A stretch of DNA of 63,969 nucleotides, the filler included, from Dirinaria sp. TL-2023a (taxonomy: Eukaryota): assembly GCA_051941275.1 (NCBI GenBank). It is 3 parts of 3 records of this genome, joined end to end, with 100 filler letters (N's around TTAATTAATTAA, not from the genome) between each part and the next. Parts side by side here need not be neighbours in the genome. Positions count along the whole stretch, not along the records: positions 21,688 to 43,257 come from JAVEBF010000252.1; 2 more parts are not named here. One strand, written 5' to 3'. Positions within the stretch are counted from its first letter, which is position 1, and the number at the start of each line of letters is the position of its first letter. Below, one piece after another: positions 23,273 to 34,560 of the stretch. Under the pieces are notes generated by a model. That model was not told the origin of the DNA. It did not search any database and was given only the letters and a program-made list of their open reading frames with translations. The translations under genes and the position numbers were made by a program.

Positions 23273-25631
23273 ATGGCTGAAAAAAAACCTCTTATTATCT
23301 TTTCTGGGGGAAAGAAAGCACTTGGCCAATGTCAGTTATATCAAAAGCTGACCAAGGCAGCCGCAAAATCTGTTCGGGAGTACTGTGTAGAGATAAAGAT
23401 CGATAGTCGACGATTGATGACGATGAGCTTGACAGACTCGGTCGTCGCGCTGTCCCGTCTTACAACGCAAAGCTGTTAAGATTTCTTTAGATAGCCGCTT
23501 CCTACCGAATAGCAGGATCAGACGGGATTTCTAATAAGAAGTGCGAGAATGTCGATCATGACTGACTGTTAAAAGGCTGCACGATCCAGCGGAGGGTCGA
23601 GCCTTTGAAGAATTGTAGATGTGGTCTGGCCCGAGGAAATGCCTTAAGAGCCTCCGGAGCTCGGACTTAGGAACACGTGATTAGCTCGGCAGGCCTACGT
23701 CTTGGCAGGCTAGTAAGAGCGTCTAGTAGAAGTCGCTCAATGACCAGCAAGTGAGCAGGGAGAGATCAGGAGATCTCGTTGTGGATATTCATTTCGAACG
23801 CGGCGCTTCTTTGAGCCTCATCTTCAACTCGGCTCATTCAAATATACTTGCCTTCAGATGATAAATAAAATTCAAGAGATCACCTGTCGTTCACTTGGCA
23901 TACTCATAGCCTTCCAACAGGACCCAACCACCTCGTCCTCATCTTACCTATCCCTCCTGAAAAAAGTAAAGAGGCGTAACAAGAATCTCAACTTATTCAT
24001 GTTGGTTGTCTTTGCATTGTTAGCTCGCATACCATTACGAGTCCTATTTCGGGCACATTAGTACCCGAGGTTGTTGACCTTGGACCGAAATTCTCCGTAG
24101 CCTTTTGGAAGCGATTGCCCAACTCCAGCGATCATGCAAGCTTACCGCCTCGCTAAGAGAGCCTTTGAATCAACTCCACATCAAGAGTCCAAACCTTAAT
24201 TGGATTATATCCCACGGCGTCTTTCATATTCCCGTTATCAGCAAGCCGAAAAACGGCCGCAAGCTACAATTCCGCCACCGGCATGAAAATCGTGCGCTTG
24301 CCGAAACGGCTTTAAGTGCAAAAACGAGACCAGAGAGCGTGGGAGCAAGGGACTCCAATCAATGAATATGATGCATCAGTATGACGAACGCCTGTTTACA
24401 TTGGCAGACGTCAGCCGTTGGTATGCTTTCCTGCATGCATGCAAGCCAGCCGCACCAGGATTACTCGGCCGGCTCAGTCTCTTGCAGCCGGAAAAGCCTT
24501 GTTGCAGTTAACATTACGAGATCAAGCGCTAGCTAATGTCGATCTTGGTGATGCGGCAACGCAGCAATGTCCTGCTCGAACTTCTCATGCCATTGGAGAG
24601 ATGCACACTCCGCCAGCACCAATGCTGGAGATACGCGGCCGAGATAGCATATGGCAATGCTGATGTACCTATGTGGTGATCGGGTTGTTTGTTATTATAC
24701 ACTAAGGTGCAGGCTTAGTATGTATACAACCCAATCGAGGCTCGGATCGTAAACCATGTGGCTGGAAGACAAGACGTGGCAAAATTAGCCCAAAAAGTCC
24801 AAAAAGCCCAAAGAGAGCGCACTGCTATGGATGGATATCGGTGCCTGCGAAGGAGAACTAGAGGGCAGTAGATTACCGAGATCCGAAGATTGGACAGGGC
24901 CTCCCCTTCTTGATTCCAAAGTGTTGCCGCTGCGGAGTATTTGATCGTTCTCACTAGTCAAGGCTTGTCCCAAAACCCGGCGCTTTGTTTCTGAGATCAT
25001 GTGCACTTGTTGCGGCACTCGATTGCCACCAAATCCGCACAAGGGGATTTAACTATGCCTGTCAAAGCATACAGCTTCGTGGAGATAAACAACCACGGAA
25101 TGCAATCGGAGAATAGTATTCAATAGCGTTCTCAACGGGTTCTGTGTTGAGACTCTACTCCCGCCACGCAGGACTTCGCTCCTCCCGCCACGGGCGATGG
25201 CTCACCCACTGCTGTTGTGTAATCGTGCCTCAACAGATCCAGCAACTCTCTAGCCCTTCCTCTCCACATTAAAGCAGTAGATGGAAACGAAGCCTGATGA
25301 AAGCTCACGCAAAGTGTGTATCCAGAGACTGCCTAGCGAAGCATTCTCGCCCTTCGAAGATCCCTGCTTCCTTGCCGAAAAAGAGGAGGGACAGAGAGAG
25401 AAACGATGAACGATATACACTCTTTTGATGAGTGCTTCTTTTATCTTGCGCACCTGCAAAACTACAACGTTCTATACGTACGGACAGCCAGATTTGGCTG
25501 CAATCAAGCACGATTGCAAATACCTATCTTTTGGTAGCGCTTTACAACGCACATGTACTTGATCGAAGTGTGGGGAGGAGAACTGGCTTCTATTACCTGC
25601 GTGTGCTTCGCCAGAAACAATATGAAATCTT

Positions 25632-27327
25632 CTAGGCATCGGAATCGCGGTTTTCTTTGCGCGGCTTGTCACCTGTGTAAAACATCTACCGGCAACAGTC
25701 CGTTAGTATACCCGTGATTTAATATCTCATACTGGGGCAAACTCACAACCGGTAGACTGCCTGAAAAGCAAAACGCGGCGAGGACCCCGTACGTAATGGC
25801 CCAGGTGGTTTTTTCGTAGAGCAAGCCACTGATCAAAGGACCGATGACGGTTCCGGCCCCGAACGTGACATCGACCAAAGCGTAAGCTTCTGTGAACGCG
25901 CCGCTGTTCTCCGAGAGTTCGGGATTGTCCGCCTCCAGTCGTTCGACCGCAAAGGACATGTCCGAGACCAAGGATGTCAGGAACAAGTTGATCCCCATCC
26001 CTGCGATCCAAAAATGAAAATAAAGCGTCAGCAAAGATTGCCGTATCCCCAAATTGCCGTTGACAATGGTTCAAAGATGGAAAAAGGAAGTAATAATTAC
26101 CGATGAGAACCAAAAAAACGCACAGAAGGACCTTCCTGACTAAATCGGCATTTTTGACGATGCCTAGTAATGCTAGATTGGGTACAGCGAGTGTAAAGCC
26201 GAGCAGAGCGACCAGACGCCGTCCATAGCGGTCACTAAGAATGCCAAAGAGTGGGGTCATAAGCGACGGCACTGTTAACGTGAGGAATATCAACCCGGCG
26301 CCGCTCGTGTCCCAGTGGAACGTGCGTTGGACGAAGCGTGGTAAGACTGCGTCGAAGGAGGTGTGAAGTGTAGAATGGACGAAGGTGCTGTACAAAGCCG
26401 CCATTATCTGTGGAGACGCAAGTAAAGCTCTAGTTGTGGGGAACCATCTCTTAGCAGGAACCTTAGCCTTGCTAAAGCCATTTCCTAGTAGCGGCGAGAC
26501 TTCATCATGTTGCGTATTGTGGTGTGCTGTAGTTCTACCGTTTCTACTTTCTTCGACGTTGGGTGCGGTCGGATTTCCATTACCGTGCTTCGAGCCATTG
26601 CCTGCTTTTTGACTGTCCGACGACCATTGCCGTGCTCTTCTTTTATCGATAAGTAGCACTGCGGCGATAAGATCGATGGCGATGATGGCCAGGCAAATAG
26701 AAAAAACGGCGTAGTAACCCGCTTTCTGATATATAACGCCCGCTAGGACAGGCGCTACAAGTACACCGAGGTTGACTCCAGACAGGGCAAACCCGATCCA
26801 AGATCCAACTTCATCTCTTTCTACTGATTCAACCAGGAGCGCCAAAACTGTTGTGTAGACCACTCCGGCCGATATACCTTGTAAGCAACGTGCTATGACG
26901 AGGATATACGTAGCTTTCGCGAGCATGAACAACAAAGTGGCAGCCAGAGCGGCCATAAGCCCGACAACAAGAGGCACTTGGCGGAGCGGTGAATGTTGGG
27001 TAACCCACCCAGCAACTGGAGCACCTAGGACCATAAAGCAGCCGAACACAACAAAAAGTATGGTTATCCACGACTGCACCATGCTCGAAGGGACACCCGA
27101 CCTTTCAACGAGAGTGAAGGGAAGCAGAGGAACGATCTCACGATAGTCAGCTAAGGAGAACTCGACGACAAAGGAGGTTCTAGCTCTTCGACACTGACTA
27201 CGCTGTACAGGACGCCATCTGTGAAGGTAGCTATGAAGCTGGCCATTCCGATGAACCATTTGGATGACCGTAATCCCAAGAGTATTGGAGGTCGGCCAGA
27301 GCCATCTTGCGAACTTTTTCCTAGCAT
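25632..27327 (-). CDS. MFS transporter (vesicular-amine-transporter-like fungal subfamily), 4 exons
   Basis: PPILLGLRSSKWFI...ATFTDGVLYSV|IVPLLPFTLVERSG, IARCLQGISAGVV, FDAVLPRFVQRTFHW, GILSDRYGRR and GAFTEAYAL...GTVIGPLISG. Introns at ~27138-27198, ~26002-26100 and ~25688-25747. Ends in ...KENRDSDA-TAG at 25632. Confidence 0.9.
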
Positions 27328-27359
27328 AACGTCTATATGAGACACGATGAGACGATGAG

Positions 27360-27712
27360 ACGATGAGAAGAAAACCAAAGGTCAAGTCAAAAGACTGCGT
27401 CTGTACACTTGGTAGTGTAGAGTTGATCGAGTGTGGTGAAGGTAGAATGGGTGACCAGCGAACTTGACTACCGTTCGATCAAACGTTATCAGAGCATCGG
27501 TGAAGATGCTTCGGCAGTCCGACTGGATCCGATGATGATGATGATAATAAAAACCGAAGGTCAAGTCAAGATTTTGTGTTCCTACCCTCGGTGGCGTAGA
27601 GTCGATGGAGCGTGAGGAAGGTAGATTGGGTGGCCAGTGGCCGGCATTGCCGTTCAGGCAAATCTTGTCAGATTATCGGTCAGGTTGTTCCAGCAGCCCG
27701 ACTGGCTCCGAT
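27360..27712. repeat. Diverged ~179-bp tandem duplication upstream of the MFS gene
   Basis: AAAACC(A/G)AAGGTCAAGTCAA occurs at 27371 and 27550, and GACTGG(A/C)TCCGAT at 27521 and 27700. The offset stays at 179 bp with similarity throughout. Confidence 0.8.
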
Positions 27713-30336
27713 ACGTCCGGACTGATAGAAGATCACGCGGAAGTTGCATCATTACTGTCGTCTTCAAGGCGGGACCGGTTCGCATGCTGCAGTGTGGATC
27801 CCACACGCACAGTACTAAGGTGATGATGATAGGCTTCTGGCTTTGCAACTTCGAGAAGTCCAACAGCAGCACGATATGAGCACCCCTCGAATCACGTTGA
27901 TCGATTTACGCTTTACGCACACCTATTGCATCAACGAGCTTCTCCGCCAGGATCGAGTGCCGATGTGTCTGTGCCCGTCTACTCGTCACGACGTTCATTG
28001 ATCAATGAACGTCACTCTGTGGGTAAACGGTTTGGTTGATGATGGGATGTGGAATTGCCAACGAGGGATTTGTACCTGAAGTACCGTGCAGGTGATGACA
28101 ATATTTTGAGTTACGATGAGAAGGTACAATAATCTACATGGACTCGTCCCTACGATATGATGGTGTGAGCAGGTACATGGTCGAGGTACCTCAAGGCGGT
28201 CTATTTCCATGCCAAGAGTGTGAATTGTGAAGCCACTAAAGCTAATTAAGAGACGTTAATCCACATCGGGAAGATCTAGATCGGGGAAATGCGAGGACTA
28301 GTTCGTGAACGAGAGTAAGGTACTTACATAAGGTACTTAAGGTACCTTAAGGGAAGGGAATGGACTCGTACCTCCGTAGTAGCGAGTAGCGACCTAACAC
28401 TTCGGCAACTTTGCCTATATAGGTTTAGAGATTAGTTGCTTGTTTGCCGAGTGCGAATGACAATGGAAGGCACATCCCATCTGCATTATTAACATGCTAA
28501 CCCTACAAAATTTCGGACCCATCTGCTGTTCCATCATACATACAGGTAGACATCAACCTTCGTCATGGAACAGTCGACGTCCTGTGAGGTGGTTCTGTTC
28601 TGACCAGTCTTTGAGGTACGGGAGTGCCAATGCGACGGTATCACTGCAGGAGAAGCAACATGAACGTCAGCTCAACCGCGGGTTACCGGGTTCGTGGGAG
28701 GACATCGATGCCAAGCTACCGTGCGGGGGTTCGATGTTCTCCTATTACAAAGAAATCACGCCACCCGGAGCTGGTGACGGTATCCGGACCCCTCAGTAAA
28801 GTAAGGTATGGCTTTTATGGCAAATTGCCCCTCTGCCCACAGTTGGTCTACAAGCGTCCTGGGCAGTGGGTAAGGTAGTGGGCAATGAACACTTACTCCT
28901 TCAAGCAGTTCGAGAATTCAGAACGAGACGCCAAGAACGGCTTGGCAGCTGAATGAAGAGCTCCAAGCCCATATAGACAAAAGATGATCAGCAACAAAGG
29001 TGACTGATGGCTAATCAAGAACTAGCAAAATCACCGAGTACCGAAAAATCCATCGTGCTTGGGCGGTAAAGCTACTGAAGCATGGCCTAAAGTGGTCTCG
29101 GTCCGCGATTTAATGCAAAGCTAAAGGGTTCAGGCTGCATGCAGATCTGTAATGTAAGTATGGTGAGGCATGAGCTCATTAGGAACGGAGGAGTCGATCA
29201 TTGGAGCACGAAAAGCAAGTGTTAGGTATTTGCCCCATTCCCTTCCTCTCAACTTTCTCCGGAAAGTGTCTCGTTGTCGGTGTTGCAGCACCCAGTACTG
29301 TACTGATCCTTCTACGTATTTCACACTCTCGTCGAAATTTCTGCTAAAAGGTTTAGAGCGCTCTATGTATGGGCCCCTTCGCATGATGTCTTGCAGCAGC
29401 AAGTGTTTTCATCAATGTTGCCTGTACCTCAGCACCCATTGCTTTTTTAACTCCTGCTCTTAGGATTACTAGATGTAAGTAAGATAACTTCTTCTGAGTG
29501 TTCCCGCTGCTTCTCCCAGATTGGGATCTTTAGCTCCTTCTCATTTCGGATCTCCTCACTTTTGAGCAGCTATCGTTTTCTTCCGGCGTAACTAGCCTCA
29601 TTGTGTCCTGTCATCGGGCTCCGTCCTCTGCTTGCGTAGTGTCCAAGCCTCGGGCGCAGTGGGTTGTTTGTGCATGGCCGGTACGATTATAGCAGGATGA
29701 AAGTTTGCGCTAGACCGAGCTTACGCAGTATTTTCGCCGTCTCGACCCCTTTTCAAGTCAGAGTCCGTCTCTAACGCAGCAGATTAGTACGTAAGTATCT
29801 TATAAAACCTTATACGTTCCACAAGTTTCAGATTTTGACTGGAGCTCAACATAGGCGGACTCAGATCTACGCGATCGACAAGTTATCTCAAACAATGTAG
29901 ATTTGAACGTAGTCATAGATAATTTCGTGAATTTCTCATCCAAATTCGAGTAGTTTCAACCTTTGAAATGCCTTGTTGCATGTTCAGCACAATCAAACAC
30001 AGCAATTGGGTTTTTGAATAAACGAAAGAAACTATTTTACTCAGTTTGTATTATTCGTGAGAGTTGGGAAATCTTGTTGAGTGCAAAGACTATTGTACCG
30101 CCTAGGGGATTGATGGGTTTTGGTGGGGAATATAAGGACGTAGACTTCTGGGTTAGTACTGCAGAAGTAAGGAGCGTCTCTGGTACAGCTTTTTGGGCTC
30201 ACCAGTACCTTAGTAGTACATGAATATAGATAAGCAATCCTGTAGTGCCACGCAAGCCGGCATACCGAGAAAGGAGAGACTTGTCTGCAATCTTGATCAC
30301 CAGGGCATTAATATGAAGGGAGTGTGCAGTTTCTCT

Positions 30337-33300
30337 TTAGAAGTCACCGTTCTGGACTTCGTATCCCTGTTCATCTGGACGGCCCGGCGCGACAGTTGGC
30401 CGCCGCTGATGATGATCCTGATGGGCCGGGAATGCTGTAGTATAGAACTCGCTCCATCCGCCCATGCGTACGCGCACCAGGCCGTATTTCTCTGGGTCTT
30501 TGCTTGCCGCCTGCAAGGTTTGCAGGTCCGCGCAAGTCAAAGTGATGAGGTTACCTCCAACCCAGCCTGCGGCGTAGTCTTTGATGAACTGTTGCAGGTC
30601 TTCCAGCGGGAAGTCCTCAGGGAGATTCAAGTCGACTGGCGCCGCATCTGCGATGCCATACTCCACGGCATCCTGGTGATAACTCTTCATTACGCCGTAT
30701 ATGTTGCGGAAAGCTGGCTTTGGCGGCAGGTCTTGTGGTGAAGGGGCTGGAGATGTATCGGAAGCAACAGGCATGCCTTTGCGACGGCCGTCGGCCGAAG
30801 CCCCACACGCCTCTCCAACGCCCGTATAACCCTCGAACGTACCAGCGCCAATGGTCACCACGAACTCGAAATCTTGTCCGTATTTCTGCCTGATCCTTTC
30901 AAGCTTGGGGGCAAGCGCTGGATGGGGTTCGCGGATGACACTCTTACCAATCTCCACGATGCTGTCCATGAAATCAGCACCGATCTTCTGGAGCACGGCA
31001 TCAGCGGCACCACTAGCCCACTTGGGTAATGCCAATGCCGCCGTGCGAAGCTCTTTGTAGCGATCCGCGTGCTGCTCAGCTTCTGTTGCTGCCAACATAA
31101 GATCCTGGTAAGGCTCGATCATGCCAAATCCCCAATCATTGATCAAGCATAGAAGCAACTCGTCCAAGGTCGTGCATGCTGTCTTATCGTCATAAACTAG
31201 CTTCCAAATGGCGTAAAGCGAGTCTATAGTGTTCGAGGCGCCAGGGAACAGCGGCGCGATCATGTGGAAGCGCGCACCTCCATCAGTAAGATCACGCCCT
31301 TTCTCGATGCAGCCGTCTATCACTGTCGAGAGCAGCGGACTCGGACAGACGTCTGCCAGATTTCCATAGTGGTCCAGAATGTAACCGTAGCATTGAATCG
31401 TGAGCCATCTGAGTTGCTCTAGGAAGATTTTTTGTAACTCCTCGAACGATTTGATTGATCGCGCTAATGGCGAGCGGAACGAGGCCTTGAGACCTCTGAG
31501 ATGCTCCGACCCGGCAGCAGCGTACGTAGCTCCTTCATTGATGGTCTGCTCCAGGGCAAGGAGAGGCATGACATTGTTAAAAGCAAATTCCGTAGCCCCT
31601 GCCATCATGGGCTCGAAACAGCCATCGGCCGCATAGTCGCGAGACCGTCTAATTCCAACGTGATCGCTGGTGACTCCCGAGTCAAGAAGGCCTTTGCATA
31701 GCTTGTCATCGTTGAACAAACATGGCTGTGCACCACCCGAGAGCAGAGCCTTTGCTGCTTCCTCGATAATGCCAACGGGCGTTTGCTTGTTAAGGCGAAG
31801 CGATACGCTGGGTGCGCTGACCGGAATGCGCCTTGCTGATTTAAGGAAGAGCATGGTGACGGGGTTGCACCCATCCTGGGGCTCACCATCCATCGCCTTG
31901 TACCCTCCGATCGTGATCTGTTGGCCCCACTGATTGATGCCGCCACCTTGTGAAAAGTTTCCCCAGCCGCCGTTGATTGAGCCCGTGCCGCAGGTAATGT
32001 AATCGTGTATGAAAGAACGATCAATGAAGGCGTTCTCGCCAATCTTGACAAACAGACAATCAATGATTTCCTGTGCCCGATCTGTCGGAATTGGGTATTT
32101 TTCCAGGAATGGCCAAAGAATTTGATCGAGACGGCCAATCGACGTCAACTCTCCTACCAGGTGCAAGCAGCAGTGAAACGAATAGAGCAGCTGGACGGCA
32201 TCCTGAAAGCTCTGCGGAGCCTGATCAGCGAGGCGTCTCAGTCGATCAGATACATCAGCCATACTGTCAGCGTCATCTGCCTGGTTTTGCGTGCGAGCTT
32301 GAGCAGCGGAGTTGTCGGCAGCTGTTGCCCAATTACGCAAATAGCCTTGAACCCCTTTAAGAGACGTGATTGCGGATTTGTAGAAGGTAGCATGTGATGG
32401 GTCCTCGTGAAGCCGCTTCTCCAAGTCTGCAAGCATGTTCCCCAAGCCGTTGCGGACGAGATGGTCAAGATCAGGAATTATGTGGCCCATAGACGAAAAC
32501 TCATTGAGCTGCTTTGCCAACCAGAAGTTGAACACTTCTTCGTTACTCAGGTAAGGCATGACTTCTTTCCCTCGGCCGTATGTAAAGTCTGGAACCACGC
32601 CGACGATGAGCTCCTTGGGATGGATTCTCAAGAGTCCACATTTTTGGGCAACCTTTGAGTCGGGTGCGGACAGCAAGTTATTGAGGGTCTCAAAGTTAGC
32701 CATGGCTTTGCGTGTCGGTATAGGGATTGCTTCCATTTCCTTCTTCTTATCGTCGCTGCCAGCAAGATGGGGAAGGCGAGGAAAGTGGTCATTGTGAACC
32801 CATCCGTCACGCCAGTGGTTGAACGTCCTGTGTATCAAACTCAAGAGGCGTGGGGTTGGTCCATCGCCTTCTTTGTAACGTCCTTCGCCCATTGTGTGCA
32901 TGTAGTCCTGAAAATTGTAGAAGAGGTATCCGTTCGGGCTGCTCACTTTCCAATGCGGATGCTCGTACAAGTCGTCGCTGGCCTTCGCCGGCGAGACTCC
33001 GAGCTCCCTGGCTGCCGGCACATACCAGTACGATCCACCCACACCGGACATCATTTGCATCAACTTGTCTGCCGGATCGTCCTTTCTCTTGCCAAGAAGA
33101 TTCTGGAGAATGTCCTCAAAGCGTTGTTGTTCATTGCAAAGTGCGACAAACATGATTCCCTGTTCACGTCCTGAATGATTATGGACTCTGCCAAACGGCA
33201 ATGCTTGGCGAAGGATTTTGCGCTGATCACCATTGCTGTCACGAACGTTGGCACGATGTACGTGCCCACGTGTAGAGTGTTGAGAGAGGATAGACCCATC

Positions 33301-33897
33301 GGTTCTGCGGCCGACGATCTGGTCCTGGCTGTCGACGGTGTTCGACTTTATGGCTCCCCAGTCGAAAAGAAATCGCTGGGTGAAGGCAAAGGAAGAACCT
33401 TTGAAGTCTCCATTGATGAGGATGTCCTCTTGAAGGCTGACCGGATCGTTCGGATTGGTAATGCCGTCGTGGTATCGCCCTCCTATAATCCTCGAGTCCA
33501 GACGCTTGCCCATGACAACACAATCAATGTTTTTGGCCAGACCTTCCAAGCGCATCTTCGGTTCTTTGAGGAGCTCTTCAGCCGTGTTCTGGTCATGCGT
33601 CTTCAGGTAGAGGAGTACATCTCCACTCGTGTTCGTATACTGGTCGGTCCCATTCAGTACCTTCTCAGATATGGGAATGGTACGGTCATTCCACTTCCCC
33701 CATAGTTGCGGACTGAAACCAGCGAACAGTCCACATCGGGGCTGCTGCGAGTCAGCTGTGGCAGCAAGATCCCGAACAATGGTGATGAGACTATTGTACG
33801 TGCCCTCGTGATGATCTTTGAGGTCAATAGTCAAGAGTTGCCCGAAGAGAGAACGCGTCAACAAGCCGCGCTGGGCACCTTCTAGGATTTCGGTCAT
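30337..33897 (-). CDS. DyP-type heme peroxidase / glycyl radical enzyme fusion protein, intronless, 1186 aa
   Basis: Residues ~1-295 are DyP: GDVLLYLK, RYHDGITNP (Asp144), GSSFAFTQRF..DW, QDQIVGR, GHVHRAN (His212), KILRQALPFG (Arg230), GIMFVAL, GSYWYVP. Residues ~420-1170 are GRE: PKELIVG, GHIIPD, PQSFQDAVQ, SIGRLDQILWPF, QITIGG, PSVSLR, PCLFNDD, DGCFEP (Cys760/Glu762), SPLLSTVIDGCIEKGRD..DGGARF, GASNTIDSL.AI.KLVYD, GASADGR..G.P, LVRVRMGGWSEFY (Gly1147). Confidence 0.93.
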   Translation of the reverse strand: MTEILEGAQRGLLTRSLFGQLLTIDLKDHHEGTYNSLITIVRDLAATADSQQPRCGLFAGFSPQLWGKWNDRTIPISEKVLNGTDQYTNTSGDVLLYLKTHDQNTAEELLKEPKMRLEGLAKNIDCVVMGKRLDSRIIGGRYHDGITNPNDPVSLQEDILINGDFKGSSFAFTQRFLFDWGAIKSNTVDSQDQIVGRRTDGSILSQHSTRGHVHRANVRDSNGDQRKILRQALPFGRVHNHSGREQGIMFVALCNEQQRFEDILQNLLGKRKDDPADKLMQMMSGVGGSYWYVPAARELGVSPAKASDDLYEHPHWKVSSPNGYLFYNFQDYMHTMGEGRYKEGDGPTPRLLSLIHRTFNHWRDGWVHNDHFPRLPHLAGSDDKKKEMEAIPIPTRKAMANFETLNNLLSAPDSKVAQKCGLLRIHPKELIVGVVPDFTYGRGKEVMPYLSNEEVFNFWLAKQLNEFSSMGHIIPDLDHLVRNGLGNMLADLEKRLHEDPSHATFYKSAITSLKGVQGYLRNWATAADNSAAQARTQNQADDADSMADVSDRLRRLADQAPQSFQDAVQLLYSFHCCLHLVGELTSIGRLDQILWPFLEKYPIPTDRAQEIIDCLFVKIGENAFIDRSFIHDYITCGTGSINGGWGNFSQGGGINQWGQQITIGGYKAMDGEPQDGCNPVTMLFLKSARRIPVSAPSVSLRLNKQTPVGIIEEAAKALLSGGAQPCLFNDDKLCKGLLDSGVTSDHVGIRRSRDYAADGCFEPMMAGATEFAFNNVMPLLALEQTINEGATYAAAGSEHLRGLKASFRSPLARSIKSFEELQKIFLEQLRWLTIQCYGYILDHYGNLADVCPSPLLSTVIDGCIEKGRDLTDGGARFHMIAPLFPGASNTIDSLYAIWKLVYDDKTACTTLDELLLCLINDWGFGMIEPYQDLMLAATEAEQHADRYKELRTAALALPKWASGAADAVLQKIGADFMDSIVEIGKSVIREPHPALAPKLERIRQKYGQDFEFVVTIGAGTFEGYTGVGEACGASADGRRKGMPVASDTSPAPSPQDLPPKPAFRNIYGVMKSYHQDAVEYGIADAAPVDLNLPEDFPLEDLQQFIKDYAAGWVGGNLITLTCADLQTLQAASKDPEKYGLVRVRMGGWSEFYTTAFPAHQDHHQRRPTVAPGRPDEQGYEVQNGDF

Positions 33898-34560
33898 CTT
33901 CGCTTGATTGATGTAAAAAGTTTGATCTGATGAGTGAAGACAGCCTTGATACGTTCATGCAAAGACTGTTCTCTCCCTCCATCGCGAGCAAAGGCAGGGT
34001 AGTATAAAAAGTAGCAGGTGTATGACACAACAGCTAGCCGGCGATAACGAGTCGCATATCAAAACCTTCCCCGCAACTGCACAGCTCGTTTCTCGGATGC
34101 ATTCGGGGTGAAGATATTCAGACTCGAGTGCGCATAATGAGAGAACCACTCAACGGCAGTATGGAAGAGCGGGGAATGACCCATCGCAACATCAATGAGC
34201 TTTCTCGTCCGAATGCAGCGTGACGCAGTCAGTTGAAGCGCACATGCAGGCTTGAAGATTGAGCACACCTCGAATGGGGAAAGGCAGCCGATCATTATGG
34301 GCGGCAAGAGCCTGATATGCATAGAATGGTTTTGGATAAACGAGATGAGAGAAAAAAGGCCAAAGACAGGGCCAGATTCAATGACCGTGCCATTTAAACT
34401 TTTTGAACAACTACAGGCTGTGAAACTACACCTATTGATCAAGTTGTCATGATGCTAACAACGCTCAGATTATACTGCGGGTCCAGTGACTCGGCTCAAC
34501 TTCTTCCCCAGATGGTGAACAACAGGACGTCGCCTGCGGATCTAACTTTGGGCAGCCGAC

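Noticed and set aside
23120..23479. ORF with a poly-Leu run resembling a membrane or signal peptide
   Set aside because: The run comes from the (TGC)11 microsatellite, and the rest has no coding features.
22367..25500. Fragments of protein-like frames (e.g. QKPANPLKGILAFFCDTYY, faintly like an alpha/beta-hydrolase)
   Set aside because: They are riddled with stops and no family can be assigned by eye. Probably decayed genes, not supportable as features.
28494..29700. Short ORFs between the MFS and DyP-GRE genes as a possible activase or accessory gene
   Set aside because: No CxxxCxxC or other recognisable motif, and the frames are broken by several stops.
30220..33811. Many plus-strand ORFs overlapping the DyP-GRE gene (likewise antisense ORFs over SEN1, DNF1, MBL and the MFS genes)
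   Set aside because: These are antisense shadows of strongly codon-structured real genes and carry no motifs of their own.
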